Notes under the pieces: model-generated | Told to the model about the DNA's origin: nothing | Seen by the model: the letters and a program-made list of their open reading frames with translations, nothing else | The model's database searches: none | Translations under genes and position numbers: made by a program | Part shown: positions 30,258-38,788 of the stretch, piece by piece | How positions within the stretch are numbered: position 1 is the stretch's first letter | Layout: each line of letters opens with the position of its first letter | NCBI GenBank assembly: GCA_041559575.1 | Contig: JBFFDD010000003.1 | Location: forward strand, 1 to 38,788 | Length of the DNA: 38,788 bases | Direction: 5' to 3' | Source: a bacterium | GTDB lineage: Bacteria > BMS3Abin14

Positions 30258-31289
30258 ATGAAAGGTGGAGTCGGAAAACTCATGAAGTACGCGAGCCTGG
30301 TGGCGGTAGCCGCTCTGGTGCTCGCACCGGCAGCTGCCATGGCGGCCACGACCATCAAACTGGCCCACGTGGACCCTGCCGAGTGGCAGTCCTCTAAAAA
30401 GGGAGCCGCCAGCGTGATCTTTAAAAACATCGTTGAGGGCGAGAGCGACATGAAGGTCGAGCTTTTCCCGGCCAAGGCCCTCGGCGATGAGAACTCACTC
30501 GTCCAGCAGGCGCAGGAAGGGACCCTTCAGATGGCCCTGGTCTCCGGCGCCATGGCCAAGGTCTGCAAGGTCGCCGACGTTCTCAATATCCCGTACACCT
30601 TTGCCTCGGCGCCCATCGCGTGGGATGTGCTCGACGGATCCTTCGGCAGGGATCTGGCCGACTACTGTCTCGAGAAGTCTGGTCTGCGCACCCTGGCTTA
30701 CGGGGAGACAGGATACCGGAACTTCACCAACGGCAAGCGGGAGATCAAGACCCCTGCCGACATGAAGGGCCTGAAATTCCGGGTTCAGCCGATCCCGCTG
30801 TACGTGGAGATGGTCAAGGGTTTAGGTGGTGAGCCGGCCCCCATTGCCTGGTCTGAGCTTCCCAACGCCCTGGCCACCGGTGTCGTTGACGGCCAGGAGA
30901 ACCCAGTCGGCGTCATTTACAACAACAAGCTTCACAAACTGCAGAAGTACATGACCCTCGATGGTCACGTCTACGCTGTTGATTTCATCCTCATCAACGA
31001 GGAGTTCTTCCAATCACTGTCGGCGAAGGACCAGGCCCTGCTCAAGAAGGCCGCCCGCACCGCCGGTCTCATGGGGCGCGCCATTCAGCAGTTCAACACC
31101 GCCGAAGGCGTGACCAAGGTTGTCGCAGAAGGGATGAAGGTCTACTCGCCCTCTGGCGCCGAATTGAAGCAGTTCAAAGATGCCGCACAGCCGGCCGTGG
31201 TCAAATGGCTGCGAGGTGAACTGGGCAGCGATGCCGGCTGGATCGACAAGCTGGAAAAGGCCGTCGCTGCAGCAGAAAAAAGCCAGTAA
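30258..31289 (+). CDS. dctP: TRAP transporter substrate-binding protein
   Basis: Signal peptide, GYRNFTN, DMKGLKFRV, ALATGVVDGQENP. Confidence 0.94.
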   Translation: MKGGVGKLMKYASLVAVAALVLAPAAAMAATTIKLAHVDPAEWQSSKKGAASVIFKNIVEGESDMKVELFPAKALGDENSLVQQAQEGTLQMALVSGAMAKVCKVADVLNIPYTFASAPIAWDVLDGSFGRDLADYCLEKSGLRTLAYGETGYRNFTNGKREIKTPADMKGLKFRVQPIPLYVEMVKGLGGEPAPIAWSELPNALATGVVDGQENPVGVIYNNKLHKLQKYMTLDGHVYAVDFILINEEFFQSLSAKDQALLKKAARTAGLMGRAIQQFNTAEGVTKVVAEGMKVYSPSGAELKQFKDAAQPAVVKWLRGELGSDAGWIDKLEKAVAAAEKSQ

Positions 31290-31308
31290 CCTGATTGTGC
31301 AAAATTCG

Positions 31309-31339
31309 CTTCCCCGGGCAGGAACTCTGCCCGGGGAAG
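31309..31339 (+). other. intercistronic hairpin between dctP and dctQ
   Basis: CTTCCCCGGGCAG-GAACT-CTGCCCGGGGAAG perfect 13-bp stem, no U-tract; typical mRNA-stabilising element after binding-protein genes. Confidence 0.65.
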
Positions 31340-31400
31340 GGTCTTGATGACTTCCCTGATCCTTCATCCGGGGGGATGAAAAGGTCTCTACGGGCGGAGC

Positions 31401-31982
31401 ATGTACCGGTCAGCTGTTCAAAGGACATCGCGTTTTTTCACCAATCTGTTCGCCGGTGGCGCCTCGCTCTCCATGATGGCCATCTTTGCCATCATCCTCT
31501 TTAACTCGGTGCGAAGGTACACCCTCGGCAAGTCCCTCGAGTGGGGCGAGGAATTGCCGGTCTTTTTTGCTGTCTACGGATTCATGTTCGGGGCGGCTTA
31601 CGCATACATGCAGGATCGTCACGTCCGGTTCACCATTCTGGTCGGTTTTTTACCCCGTACTTTGATTGAAAAACTCTATATGCTGCTGGATCTGATCATG
31701 GTGGGGATCGGTGGCCTGATGGCCTGGTCCGGCTGGCAGTTCGTCCTCAAGAGGGGCGGCATGGAAACGTCCAGTCTGATCGGTCTGGCCAAGGGGCTGA
31801 GGGATGCGACAGGCTGGGACTGGACGATCTGGCTGGGACATTTCGGTCCTTACCAGGCGGCCATGGTGATCGGTGGCGGGATGCTGTCTGTCGCGGCGTT
31901 GCTGAAATTTTTACAGCGTGGAATCGACAGGGCGTGGGTAGCAGACAGGCAAGAGGCGGATGACAAAGCGGTGGGAAGGTAG
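31401..31982 (+). CDS. dctQ: TRAP transporter small permease
   Basis: RRY...WGEEL...FGAAYA...HVRF, four TM segments. Confidence 0.9.
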   Translation: MYRSAVQRTSRFFTNLFAGGASLSMMAIFAIILFNSVRRYTLGKSLEWGEELPVFFAVYGFMFGAAYAYMQDRHVRFTILVGFLPRTLIEKLYMLLDLIMVGIGGLMAWSGWQFVLKRGGMETSSLIGLAKGLRDATGWDWTIWLGHFGPYQAAMVIGGGMLSVAALLKFLQRGIDRAWVADRQEADDKAVGR

Positions 31983-31985
31983 GCC

Positions 31986-33257
31986 ATGGTCTATATTATT
32001 CTGCTGACGGGTCTGGTCATCGGGCTGCCGGTCGCCTTCTCCATCCTGGCCGCACTGTTCTACTTTATGGCGGTTGGCGATTTCCCCTATAGTCTGCGCA
32101 TCGTTGCCACCCAGATGTACGGGGGTATGAAATCCTTTCCCCTGCTGGCGATCCCGCTGTTCATCCTCGCCGGCGAGTTGATGAACGAATCGGGGATCAC
32201 CAGCCGCATCATCGCCTTTACCACCCTGTTGGTGGGACGGTTCCGTGCCGGTCTCGCGATGGTCAACATCTGGGCCTCGGTGGTCTTTGCCGGGCTTTCC
32301 GGATCCGCTGTGGCTGACACGTCGGCCATTGGCCGGATCTTTATCCCGGAGATGGAAAAGCGGGGTTATCCGCGCGATTTCTCCGCGGCGATCACCGCCG
32401 CGTCCTCGGTGATCGGCCCCATCATCCCACCGAGTATCCCCGTGATCATCTACGCCCTGACCGTGACCGGCGTCTCCGTACCCGGGCTTTTCCTGGGTGG
32501 GATCGGCCCCGGCCTGCTGCTGGCCACCCTTCTGTCCGTCTACGTTATGATCTTCGCCGGGCATTTCGAAAAACCCTCACCACGAACTTCCCAGGCCTCC
32601 AGGCTCAACATCCTGATGCAGGGAATTATCCCGCTGTTCATGCCTGTTTTCGTAGTCGGCAGCATCCTCCTGGGGGTGGTGACCCCGACAGAAGCAGCCT
32701 GTTTCGCTGTCGCCTACGCCCTGGTGGTGGGGGTCTTCATTTTCCGGGAACTGAAGATAAAAAAATTGCCGGAGATCTTCGGCCGGTCCATGCGGGACAC
32801 TTCCACGATCCTGGTGGTCATCGGTTCGGTATCGGCCGCGAACTGGCTTATGACCTACAACAGGGTTCCCAACAAAGTCACCGATTTTGCCCTGGAATTC
32901 ATGACCGCCAAATGGATGTTCCTCCTCTCGTCCATGATCCTGTTCCTCATCGTCGGCCTGTTCCTGGAAGGGATCGCCGCCATGCTGGTCCTGGTGCCGA
33001 TCCTGCACCCCATTGCCGTATCCATGGGGGTTGATCCGACCCATTATGGCATCCTGGTGGTCTTCAACCTGATGATCGGGCTGATCACGCCGCCGATGGG
33101 CCTGTGTCTTTTCGTCGCCGATTCCGTCGCCCAGGTGGGACTGGGACCGCTGATCCGTCAGATCATCCCGCTGTTCCTGGTGGAGGTTCTGGCCCTGATC
33201 ATCATTACCTTTTTCCCGGCGACTGTGGTCTGGATACCAAGGTTTTTTGGATTCTGA
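31986..33257 (+). CDS. dctM: TRAP transporter large permease
   Basis: LLAIPLFILAGELM, SGSAVAD, IGPIIPPSIP, TPTEAA, IGLITPPMG. Confidence 0.95.
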   Translation: MVYIILLTGLVIGLPVAFSILAALFYFMAVGDFPYSLRIVATQMYGGMKSFPLLAIPLFILAGELMNESGITSRIIAFTTLLVGRFRAGLAMVNIWASVVFAGLSGSAVADTSAIGRIFIPEMEKRGYPRDFSAAITAASSVIGPIIPPSIPVIIYALTVTGVSVPGLFLGGIGPGLLLATLLSVYVMIFAGHFEKPSPRTSQASRLNILMQGIIPLFMPVFVVGSILLGVVTPTEAACFAVAYALVVGVFIFRELKIKKLPEIFGRSMRDTSTILVVIGSVSAANWLMTYNRVPNKVTDFALEFMTAKWMFLLSSMILFLIVGLFLEGIAAMLVLVPILHPIAVSMGVDPTHYGILVVFNLMIGLITPPMGLCLFVADSVAQVGLGPLIRQIIPLFLVEVLALIIITFFPATVVWIPRFFGF

Positions 33258-33337
33258 AGCGTCTTTTCAAGCCCCGTTGACCAGGCAAACAGTGGCCGCT
33301 TGAGAAGTTACCTGAAACATAATTTACGGAGGTCGTC

Positions 33338-35101
33338 GTGAAAGTTCCGGTTTCCCGTCAATTGGTCAAATATCTTGAGCATCGTTCTGTCGAGTACATC
33401 TTCGGACTGTGCGGCCACACGAACATTGCGCTCCTCGCTGCCCTGGAGAACAGCTCCATCCGTTTTGTCAACGTTCGCCACGAGCAGATCGCCGCTCACG
33501 CGGCCGACGGTTACGCCAGGGCCAGCCGTAAAACGGCCGTGGTCCTGACCCACCTGGGCCCGGGAATGACCAACGCCGTTACCGGTGTGGCCAATGCGGC
33601 CCTGGACTGCATCCCCATGGTGGTCATCGCGGGGGATGTCCCGAGCCACTACTACGGTAAACACCCGCATCAGGAGATCAATCTGCACGCCGACGGCAGC
33701 CAGTGCGAGATCTACCGCCCCTTCTGCAAGAGGGTCTGGCGGGTGGAGCGGCCCGAGCTCCTTCCCGGGATCATGGAGAGGGCTTTTACTTTGGCGGCAA
33801 GCGGACAGCCGGGCCCGGTTCTGGTGGACGTTCCCATGGACATCTTCTCCATGGAGACGGAAGCGGCGCCCTTCGAGCTGGTCATGAGCAACGCGGTGGA
33901 ACTCAGCCGGCCGTCCATGGACGATGAGACGGCCAGGGAGATCGTTCACCGCCTGGGCGGAGCCGAGAGGCCTGTGTTGTATGTGGGAGGCGGGATCGTC
34001 CTGGCCGGCGCGGCTGAAGAGCTGAGGAAGTTCGTGGATCATCTTCAGATCCCGGTGGCCCACAGCCTCATGGGAAAGGGCGCCCTGCCGGACGATCATC
34101 CCCTGACCCTGGGAATGACAGGCTTCTGGGGTACCCGGTACACCAACGATTCGTGCCGGAACGCCGACTATCTTTTGGCCCTCGGGGCCCGGTTCAAGGA
34201 GGCCGACAGCAGTTCGTGGTACCCCAGGTATACCTTCGACATCCCCCGGACGAAGCTCATCCACATCGACATCGAACCCACCGAGGTCGGCAGGAACTAT
34301 CCGGTGGAGATCGGTGTCATCGCGGACCTCAGAATGGCCCTGGCTGTCCTGAACCGTGTGGCGCGGGAGCTTTTTCCCGAGGGAATCCGAAGACCACAGC
34401 TCATCGATGAGATTGCGGCCCTCCGGAAGGAGTTCAGGAAGAGTAATCTTGAGATGGAGACAAGCGACGCCTTTCCCATGATGCCGGAGCGGATTCTGGC
34501 GGAGCTTCGGGAGGTCCTTCCCAGGGATGCCATCCTCACCACCGATGTCGGATGGAACAAGAACGGCGTCGGCCAGCAGTTTCCTATCTACGAACCAGGC
34601 AGTATCCAGATAACCGGCGGCCTGGCCACCATGGGGTTCGGCGCCCCGGCGGCCATTGGGGCGAAACTGGCCCGGCCCGACAGGGTGGTCGTCGCCCTGG
34701 TGGGGGACGGAGGGTTCGGCCAGAACCCGGCCGTACTGGCCACAGCCAGAGCTGAAGGCGTGGCGGCCGTTTGGATCATCATGAACAACGATGCTTTCGG
34801 CACCATAGCCGGCCTGGAGAAAGCCCATTTCGGCACCACCTTCGGCACCGTGTTCAAGGTCGACGGCAGATCCACCTCACCCGATTATGCCGCTCTGGCG
34901 CGGGCCTACGGTGTCCAGGGGATCAGGATCGAATCCGCCGACCAGTTCAAGCCCGCTCTGGAGCGGGCCATCGCTTCCGATGAGCCGGTTGTTATGGATG
35001 TTCCCATGATCAACAACCCGACACCGACCACCGGACACTGGAATATCCTGGACATCTATTCCCCGGGAAAGGACATCTCCCATGTCGGTACGGACAGCTG
35101 A
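33338..35101 (+). CDS. thiamine diphosphate-dependent enzyme (acetolactate synthase-like fold)
   Basis: FGLCGH, VRHEQIAAHAADGYAR, GPVLVDVP, TMGFG, GDGG...NN ThDP motif; no ilvN/ilvH partner nearby. Confidence 0.9.
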   Translation: MKVPVSRQLVKYLEHRSVEYIFGLCGHTNIALLAALENSSIRFVNVRHEQIAAHAADGYARASRKTAVVLTHLGPGMTNAVTGVANAALDCIPMVVIAGDVPSHYYGKHPHQEINLHADGSQCEIYRPFCKRVWRVERPELLPGIMERAFTLAASGQPGPVLVDVPMDIFSMETEAAPFELVMSNAVELSRPSMDDETAREIVHRLGGAERPVLYVGGGIVLAGAAEELRKFVDHLQIPVAHSLMGKGALPDDHPLTLGMTGFWGTRYTNDSCRNADYLLALGARFKEADSSSWYPRYTFDIPRTKLIHIDIEPTEVGRNYPVEIGVIADLRMALAVLNRVARELFPEGIRRPQLIDEIAALRKEFRKSNLEMETSDAFPMMPERILAELREVLPRDAILTTDVGWNKNGVGQQFPIYEPGSIQITGGLATMGFGAPAAIGAKLARPDRVVVALVGDGGFGQNPAVLATARAEGVAAVWIIMNNDAFGTIAGLEKAHFGTTFGTVFKVDGRSTSPDYAALARAYGVQGIRIESADQFKPALERAIASDEPVVMDVPMINNPTPTTGHWNILDIYSPGKDISHVGTDS

Positions 35102-35428
35102 AAGCCGGCGCTCTTTTCAGAGTTTCTGACCCGGCTGCCGAATCGGGGACTTTACAGGGCCGACGGTTGTGGAGGCGCAGGTGGGCATAAGCATGCGGGT
35201 CAGACCCGACGAAGGGCGAATGCTGGACAGCTTCGAGAGCGAGGTCCTGTTTTCCGTTGGGAAAGACCCAGCCACCTGATCCCCGGGGACATGGTGAGCG
35301 TGCCGCCCGATCCGTACTCACACCATTCAATCAATGGCGGCCTGCGTGCGTCTGATCGATACCTTTGCCCATCGGTGGTGCGGGTTCTCCCCGGGCTCAT
35401 CGGGGGACCGGCTTTTGGAGTCGGGAAG

Positions 35429-36217
35429 TCAGCCCGTGCCGCCCATGAGGCGGGAGATCCTTCCCGTGGTTGTGAGGAGCTTTTCCACCAGACCGGCCAG
35501 TTTGTCATCCGAAAACCGCTGGACCGGACCCACCAGGGAAATCGCGGCTGGAACCCTCTTTTCGAGGTCGAAGTCGGGGGCGGCGACAGCGGCCACTCCA
35601 GGTTCCCTTTCCTCGCGGCTGACGCTGTAGCCGCGATCCGGAATGGCGCGGCACTCCTCCTCGAGCCATTCTCTGTCCGTGATGGTCGCCGGCGTGATGG
35701 CCTCCAGTTTCCCGCCAAGGACCCTCCTGCGAAAATCAGCAGGGGAGTAGGCAAGGAGGACCCTCCCGGTGGCCGTGGCGTGAAGCTCCATGTAGTCGCC
35801 CTCGTTGATGGCGAAAAAGAGCTTGGAAGGTCCGTATTCCCTGGCCAGGCAGATGGACCTCTCGTCTCTGAGGGCGAAAAGGGCCACGGATTCGTCTGCG
35901 GCGAAGGCGAGCTCCCGCATGATCGGGCGGGCGATGGAAACCAGGGTGTTGGTCCTCTCGTAAACCTTTCCCAGGACAAGGAGTTGAGGCCCGAGGCGGT
36001 AACTGGAGTAGGAGGAGCGGATCAGGTACCCGCAGTCGAGCAGGGTCCTGCACAATCGGTGAACACGGCTCTTGTAGAGCCCGGTCTTTTCGCAAAGCTG
36101 TTTTAGAGTCTGTTCCGGCTCGTCGATCGTGAAACACTCCAGGATGCCCAGGGCTCTGGCGACAGAGTCTACTTTGGGAACGGCAAGACGGGGGCTTTCC
36201 TCATGATCGCGTGTCAT
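35429..36217 (-). CDS. IclR family transcriptional regulator
   Basis: VARALGILECF, YRLGP, ATATGRVLLA, RGYSVS..ERE.GVAAVAAP. Confidence 0.93.
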   Translation of the reverse strand: MTRDHEESPRLAVPKVDSVARALGILECFTIDEPEQTLKQLCEKTGLYKSRVHRLCRTLLDCGYLIRSSYSSYRLGPQLLVLGKVYERTNTLVSIARPIMRELAFAADESVALFALRDERSICLAREYGPSKLFFAINEGDYMELHATATGRVLLAYSPADFRRRVLGGKLEAITPATITDREWLEEECRAIPDRGYSVSREEREPGVAAVAAPDFDLEKRVPAAISLVGPVQRFSDDKLAGLVEKLLTTTGRISRLMGGTG

Positions 36218-36320
36218 CGATTTTCACGTCCTTATGGAGCGGCGTATATTGCTGCCGGCAATTGTCTGCCTGAAACGGGGATTTCCCCTTTGGGTTTCGG
36301 CTGCGGAAAACTATTTGTTG

Positions 36321-36340
36321 AATAGGATAGATATCCTATT
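36321..36340. promoter_or_regulatory. palindrome in divergent iclR/aroQ promoter region
   Basis: AATAGGATA-GA-TATCCTATT, perfect 9-bp arms. Confidence 0.6.
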
Positions 36341-36406
36341 ATATGCGATCATATGAGGATTTTCACCGGTTTCATGTTGACAACCTCATTTCTTTGACGC
36401 ATATTG

Positions 36407-36439
36407 AGTATAGCGTTCTGTTTGGCAGAACGCTATACT
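36407..36439. promoter_or_regulatory. long perfect palindrome, candidate IclR-type operator
   Basis: AGTATAGCGTTCTG-TTTGG-CAGAACGCTATACT, 14-bp arms, 5-nt spacer. Confidence 0.62.
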
Positions 36440-36664
36440 TAGCATTAGGATTGTCGCCGGTTTTTCCCTGTCAGGGCAGGTGGAAACGGGGTGGACCGCC
36501 CGTTTTTTAAAGCAATTTAATGTAAAAATGACAAACCTGAGGTGGCGATGCGGTCTTTGATCTTCCATAATTGAATCATCAACCGGCTATACTCCGCAGT
36601 GGAAAAGGTTTACGGGACTTATTGTTCCCCTGAGGGGAGGGGAAACCTGAATTCGGGAGGAATC

Positions 36665-37111
36665 ATGAAGAAAATACTGGTGCTGCATGGAGTTAACCTG
36701 AATATGTTTGGCAGGCGTGATCCGGCCCAATACGGCACGGTCACCCTTTCGGAGATCGACGACCGGATACGCCAAGTGGCCACGGAACTGGGTGTGGAAG
36801 CGGACTGTTTTCAGACGAACCACGAGGGAGAGATGGTAGACAGGATCCACAGGGCCCACGAGGAGGGCGTTGATGCCGTGGTGATCAACGCGGGTGCCTG
36901 GACCCACTACAGCTACGCCATCATGGATGCCCTTGGCATTCTGAGGGCTCCCATCGTGGAGGTGCACATGTCCAACGTGCATGCCCGCGAGGAATTTCGC
37001 CACCACTCGGTCATCGCCCCCCTGGCCAGAGGACAGATCGCCGGGTTCGGAGTGGACAGTTATCTGCTTGGACTGAGGGCGGCCATAGAGCTGACAGGTG
37101 AGGATAGCTGA
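36665..37111 (+). CDS. aroQ: type II 3-dehydroquinate dehydratase
   Basis: LHGVNLNMFGRRDPAQYG, FQTNHEG, INAGAWTHYS, EVHMSNVHAREEFRHHS; GGAGG RBS before ATG 36665. Confidence 0.96.
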   Translation: MKKILVLHGVNLNMFGRRDPAQYGTVTLSEIDDRIRQVATELGVEADCFQTNHEGEMVDRIHRAHEEGVDAVVINAGAWTHYSYAIMDALGILRAPIVEVHMSNVHAREEFRHHSVIAPLARGQIAGFGVDSYLLGLRAAIELTGEDS

Positions 37112-37194
37112 GAGAAGACTGTCGCGGCCCTTCCGCACCGCATGGAATACCCCCCGGTTAAAATTAAAAGGATTTGTTTGGAGAGGAGAAAACA

Positions 37195-37575
37195 GTGGAG
37201 ATCAAGATCATCAACACGTTCAAGGACGCTGAGCAGATCTGGCTGGGACTGGATGAGGAGGGGTACCGGAGGAAGGTCTTCCGCGCCGTGGACCACGCCC
37301 AGTTGGGCGCCGAGCAGATCGTCGCCGGTCTGACAATCTTCGAACCAGGAGAGCGCTGCGCTCCTCACTCACACCCCGGCTCCGAGGAGATCAACTTCGT
37401 GGTCAGAGGCGGCGGGATAGCCATCGATGTGGACAACGACAAGGAGACCCGGTTCAAGCAGTACGACTACATGTGGATCCCGGACGGTGTTGAGCACATC
37501 CATTACAATGACATGGAGGAACCCCTCTGGCTCCTGTGGGCCTATGCCCCTCCAGGGCAGCTGCCAACGAAGTAG
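37195..37575 (+). CDS. cupin domain protein
   Basis: HSHPGSEE...V..G.G and IPDGVEHIHYN cupin motifs; GAGGAG RBS before GTG 37195. Confidence 0.88.
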   Translation: MEIKIINTFKDAEQIWLGLDEEGYRRKVFRAVDHAQLGAEQIVAGLTIFEPGERCAPHSHPGSEEINFVVRGGGIAIDVDNDKETRFKQYDYMWIPDGVEHIHYNDMEEPLWLLWAYAPPGQLPTK

Positions 37576-37661
37576 GAGAAGCCAGGCCGATCGATGAAGG
37601 AAGGAGGAGCTGTGGCCTCAGGTTCCTTTACCCTGACCAGCTGGCTTCAAGGAGAGTTGAA

Positions 37662-38788
37662 ATGGCAAGACCGATCACGGAGGAGGAAAAGCGGCACGCC
37701 CAGGAACTCCTCAACAGGGCAAGGGCGGCAATGAAGGCTGTCGAGGACTACGACCAGGATACCGTGGACAGACTTTGCCAGGCATTGGGGTGGGCCACGG
37801 CCAACGAGAATACATTTACCCGTGTCGCCCAGATGGGAGTGGACGAGAGTGGCATCGGGGACCGGGACGGGAGGGTGGCCAAGCGTTTCAAGATCATGGG
37901 GATCCTTCGCGACGCCCTCAGGCAGAAGAGTGTAGGGGTCATCGAGGAGGATCCCGAGAAAGGTCTGGTCAAATATGCCAAGCCGGCAGGTGTTATCGCC
38001 GCCCTCGTGCCGACCACGAACCCCGAACTGACCCCTCCCGGAGTCGGGATCTACGCCCTCAAGTGTAAGGACGCTGTGATCTTTTCCCCTCATCCGCGGA
38101 GTAAAAACACAACATCCGAGATGGTGAGGGTCATGAGGCAAACCCTCAGAAAGCACGGGGCCCCTGAAGATCTCTTCCAATGTGCCGAGAAACCCAGTAT
38201 CCCTCTGGCCCAGGAACTCATGTCGATATGCGACCTGACCATCGCCACCGGGGGCATGGCCATGGTCAGGGCTGCCTACAGCTCGGGAAAACCTTCCTTC
38301 GGGGTGGGAGCAGGTAACTCCACGATGGTCATCGACGAGACGGCCGACATCGAGGAGGCGGCGTTGAACACCCGCCTCAGCAAGACCTCGGACTTCGGAT
38401 CCGGGTGCTCCGCTGACGGCAATCTCCTCGTGGAGGCTGGCATTTACGATGCTTTTCTAAACCGGCTCCAGGCCGAGGGAGGATACCTCGCATCCGACGA
38501 GGAAAAGGCGAAGCTGGAGGCCGTCATGTGGGACGGGGAGGGGAACAGGATCGTTGACACGGTGGCCCGTTCGGCTCAGGAGATGGCGGCGGCAGCGGGA
38601 TTTCCTATCCCCCTGGACCGGAAATTCATCATTGTCAGACAGGACAGGATCGGGAAAGAGTATCGCTTCTCCGGCGAAAAGCTGACTACCGTTCTGGCCA
38701 TCTTCAGATACAGCGGCTTCGACAGCGCCCTCGAGATGGTCAGGCAGAAATATGAAGTGGGCGGTAAGGGGCACTCCTGCGGTATCTA
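37662..38788 (+). CDS. CoA-acylating aldehyde dehydrogenase (acetaldehyde/sulfoacetaldehyde dehydrogenase-like), runs off the window
   Basis: Not in the ORF track. Manual translation from ATG 37662 (AAGGAG RBS): MARPITEEEK...KPAGVIAALVPTTNP...FSPHPR...ATGGMAMVRAAYSSGKPSFGVGAGN...SKTSDFGSGCS...EKL. Confidence 0.88.
   Translation, partial: MARPITEEEKRHAQELLNRARAAMKAVEDYDQDTVDRLCQALGWATANENTFTRVAQMGVDESGIGDRDGRVAKRFKIMGILRDALRQKSVGVIEEDPEKGLVKYAKPAGVIAALVPTTNPELTPPGVGIYALKCKDAVIFSPHPRSKNTTSEMVRVMRQTLRKHGAPEDLFQCAEKPSIPLAQELMSICDLTIATGGMAMVRAAYSSGKPSFGVGAGNSTMVIDETADIEEAALNTRLSKTSDFGSGCSADGNLLVEAGIYDAFLNRLQAEGGYLASDEEKAKLEAVMWDGEGNRIVDTVARSAQEMAAAAGFPIPLDRKFIIVRQDRIGKEYRFSGEKLTTVLAIFRYSGFDSALEMVRQKYEVGGKGHSCGI

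Noticed and set aside
33308-34828. 506-aa minus-strand ORF
   Set aside because: Antisense to the ThDP enzyme; no independent evidence.

Overview
GC-rich bacterial DNA (gene content suggests an anaerobic deltaproteobacterium-like organism; this is inference). Left to right: (1) a minus-strand alpha-glucan/glycogen operon (GAF/HisKA protein with a degenerate ATP-binding domain, single-domain response regulator, NDP-sugar pyrophosphorylase/phosphomutase-like fusion, GH57, GalT-like, glgA, glgB, partial malQ) with no glgC; (2) an accessory patch holding a secreted protein, a cytochrome-b-like membrane protein, a lower-GC Y1/HUH (RAYT/IS200-like) transposase bounded by perfect 26-bp inverted repeats, and a 76-aa Cys-rich protein; (3) a TetR-headed operon of unknown product (AdoMetDC-like, GNAT, ATP-grasp ligase, PLP decarboxylase) with tandem palindromic operators; (4) a two-subunit pyruvate carboxylase; (5) an aroK-aroB fusion followed by a second aroB; (6) a catabolic island with two IclR regulators, HMG-CoA-lyase-like enzyme, Zn-dehydrogenase, TRAP transporter, ThDP enzyme, aroQ, cupin and a partial CoA-acylating aldehyde dehydrogenase. 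No rRNA, tRNA or CRISPR array was seen. All family calls come from motif recognition by eye, not database searches.
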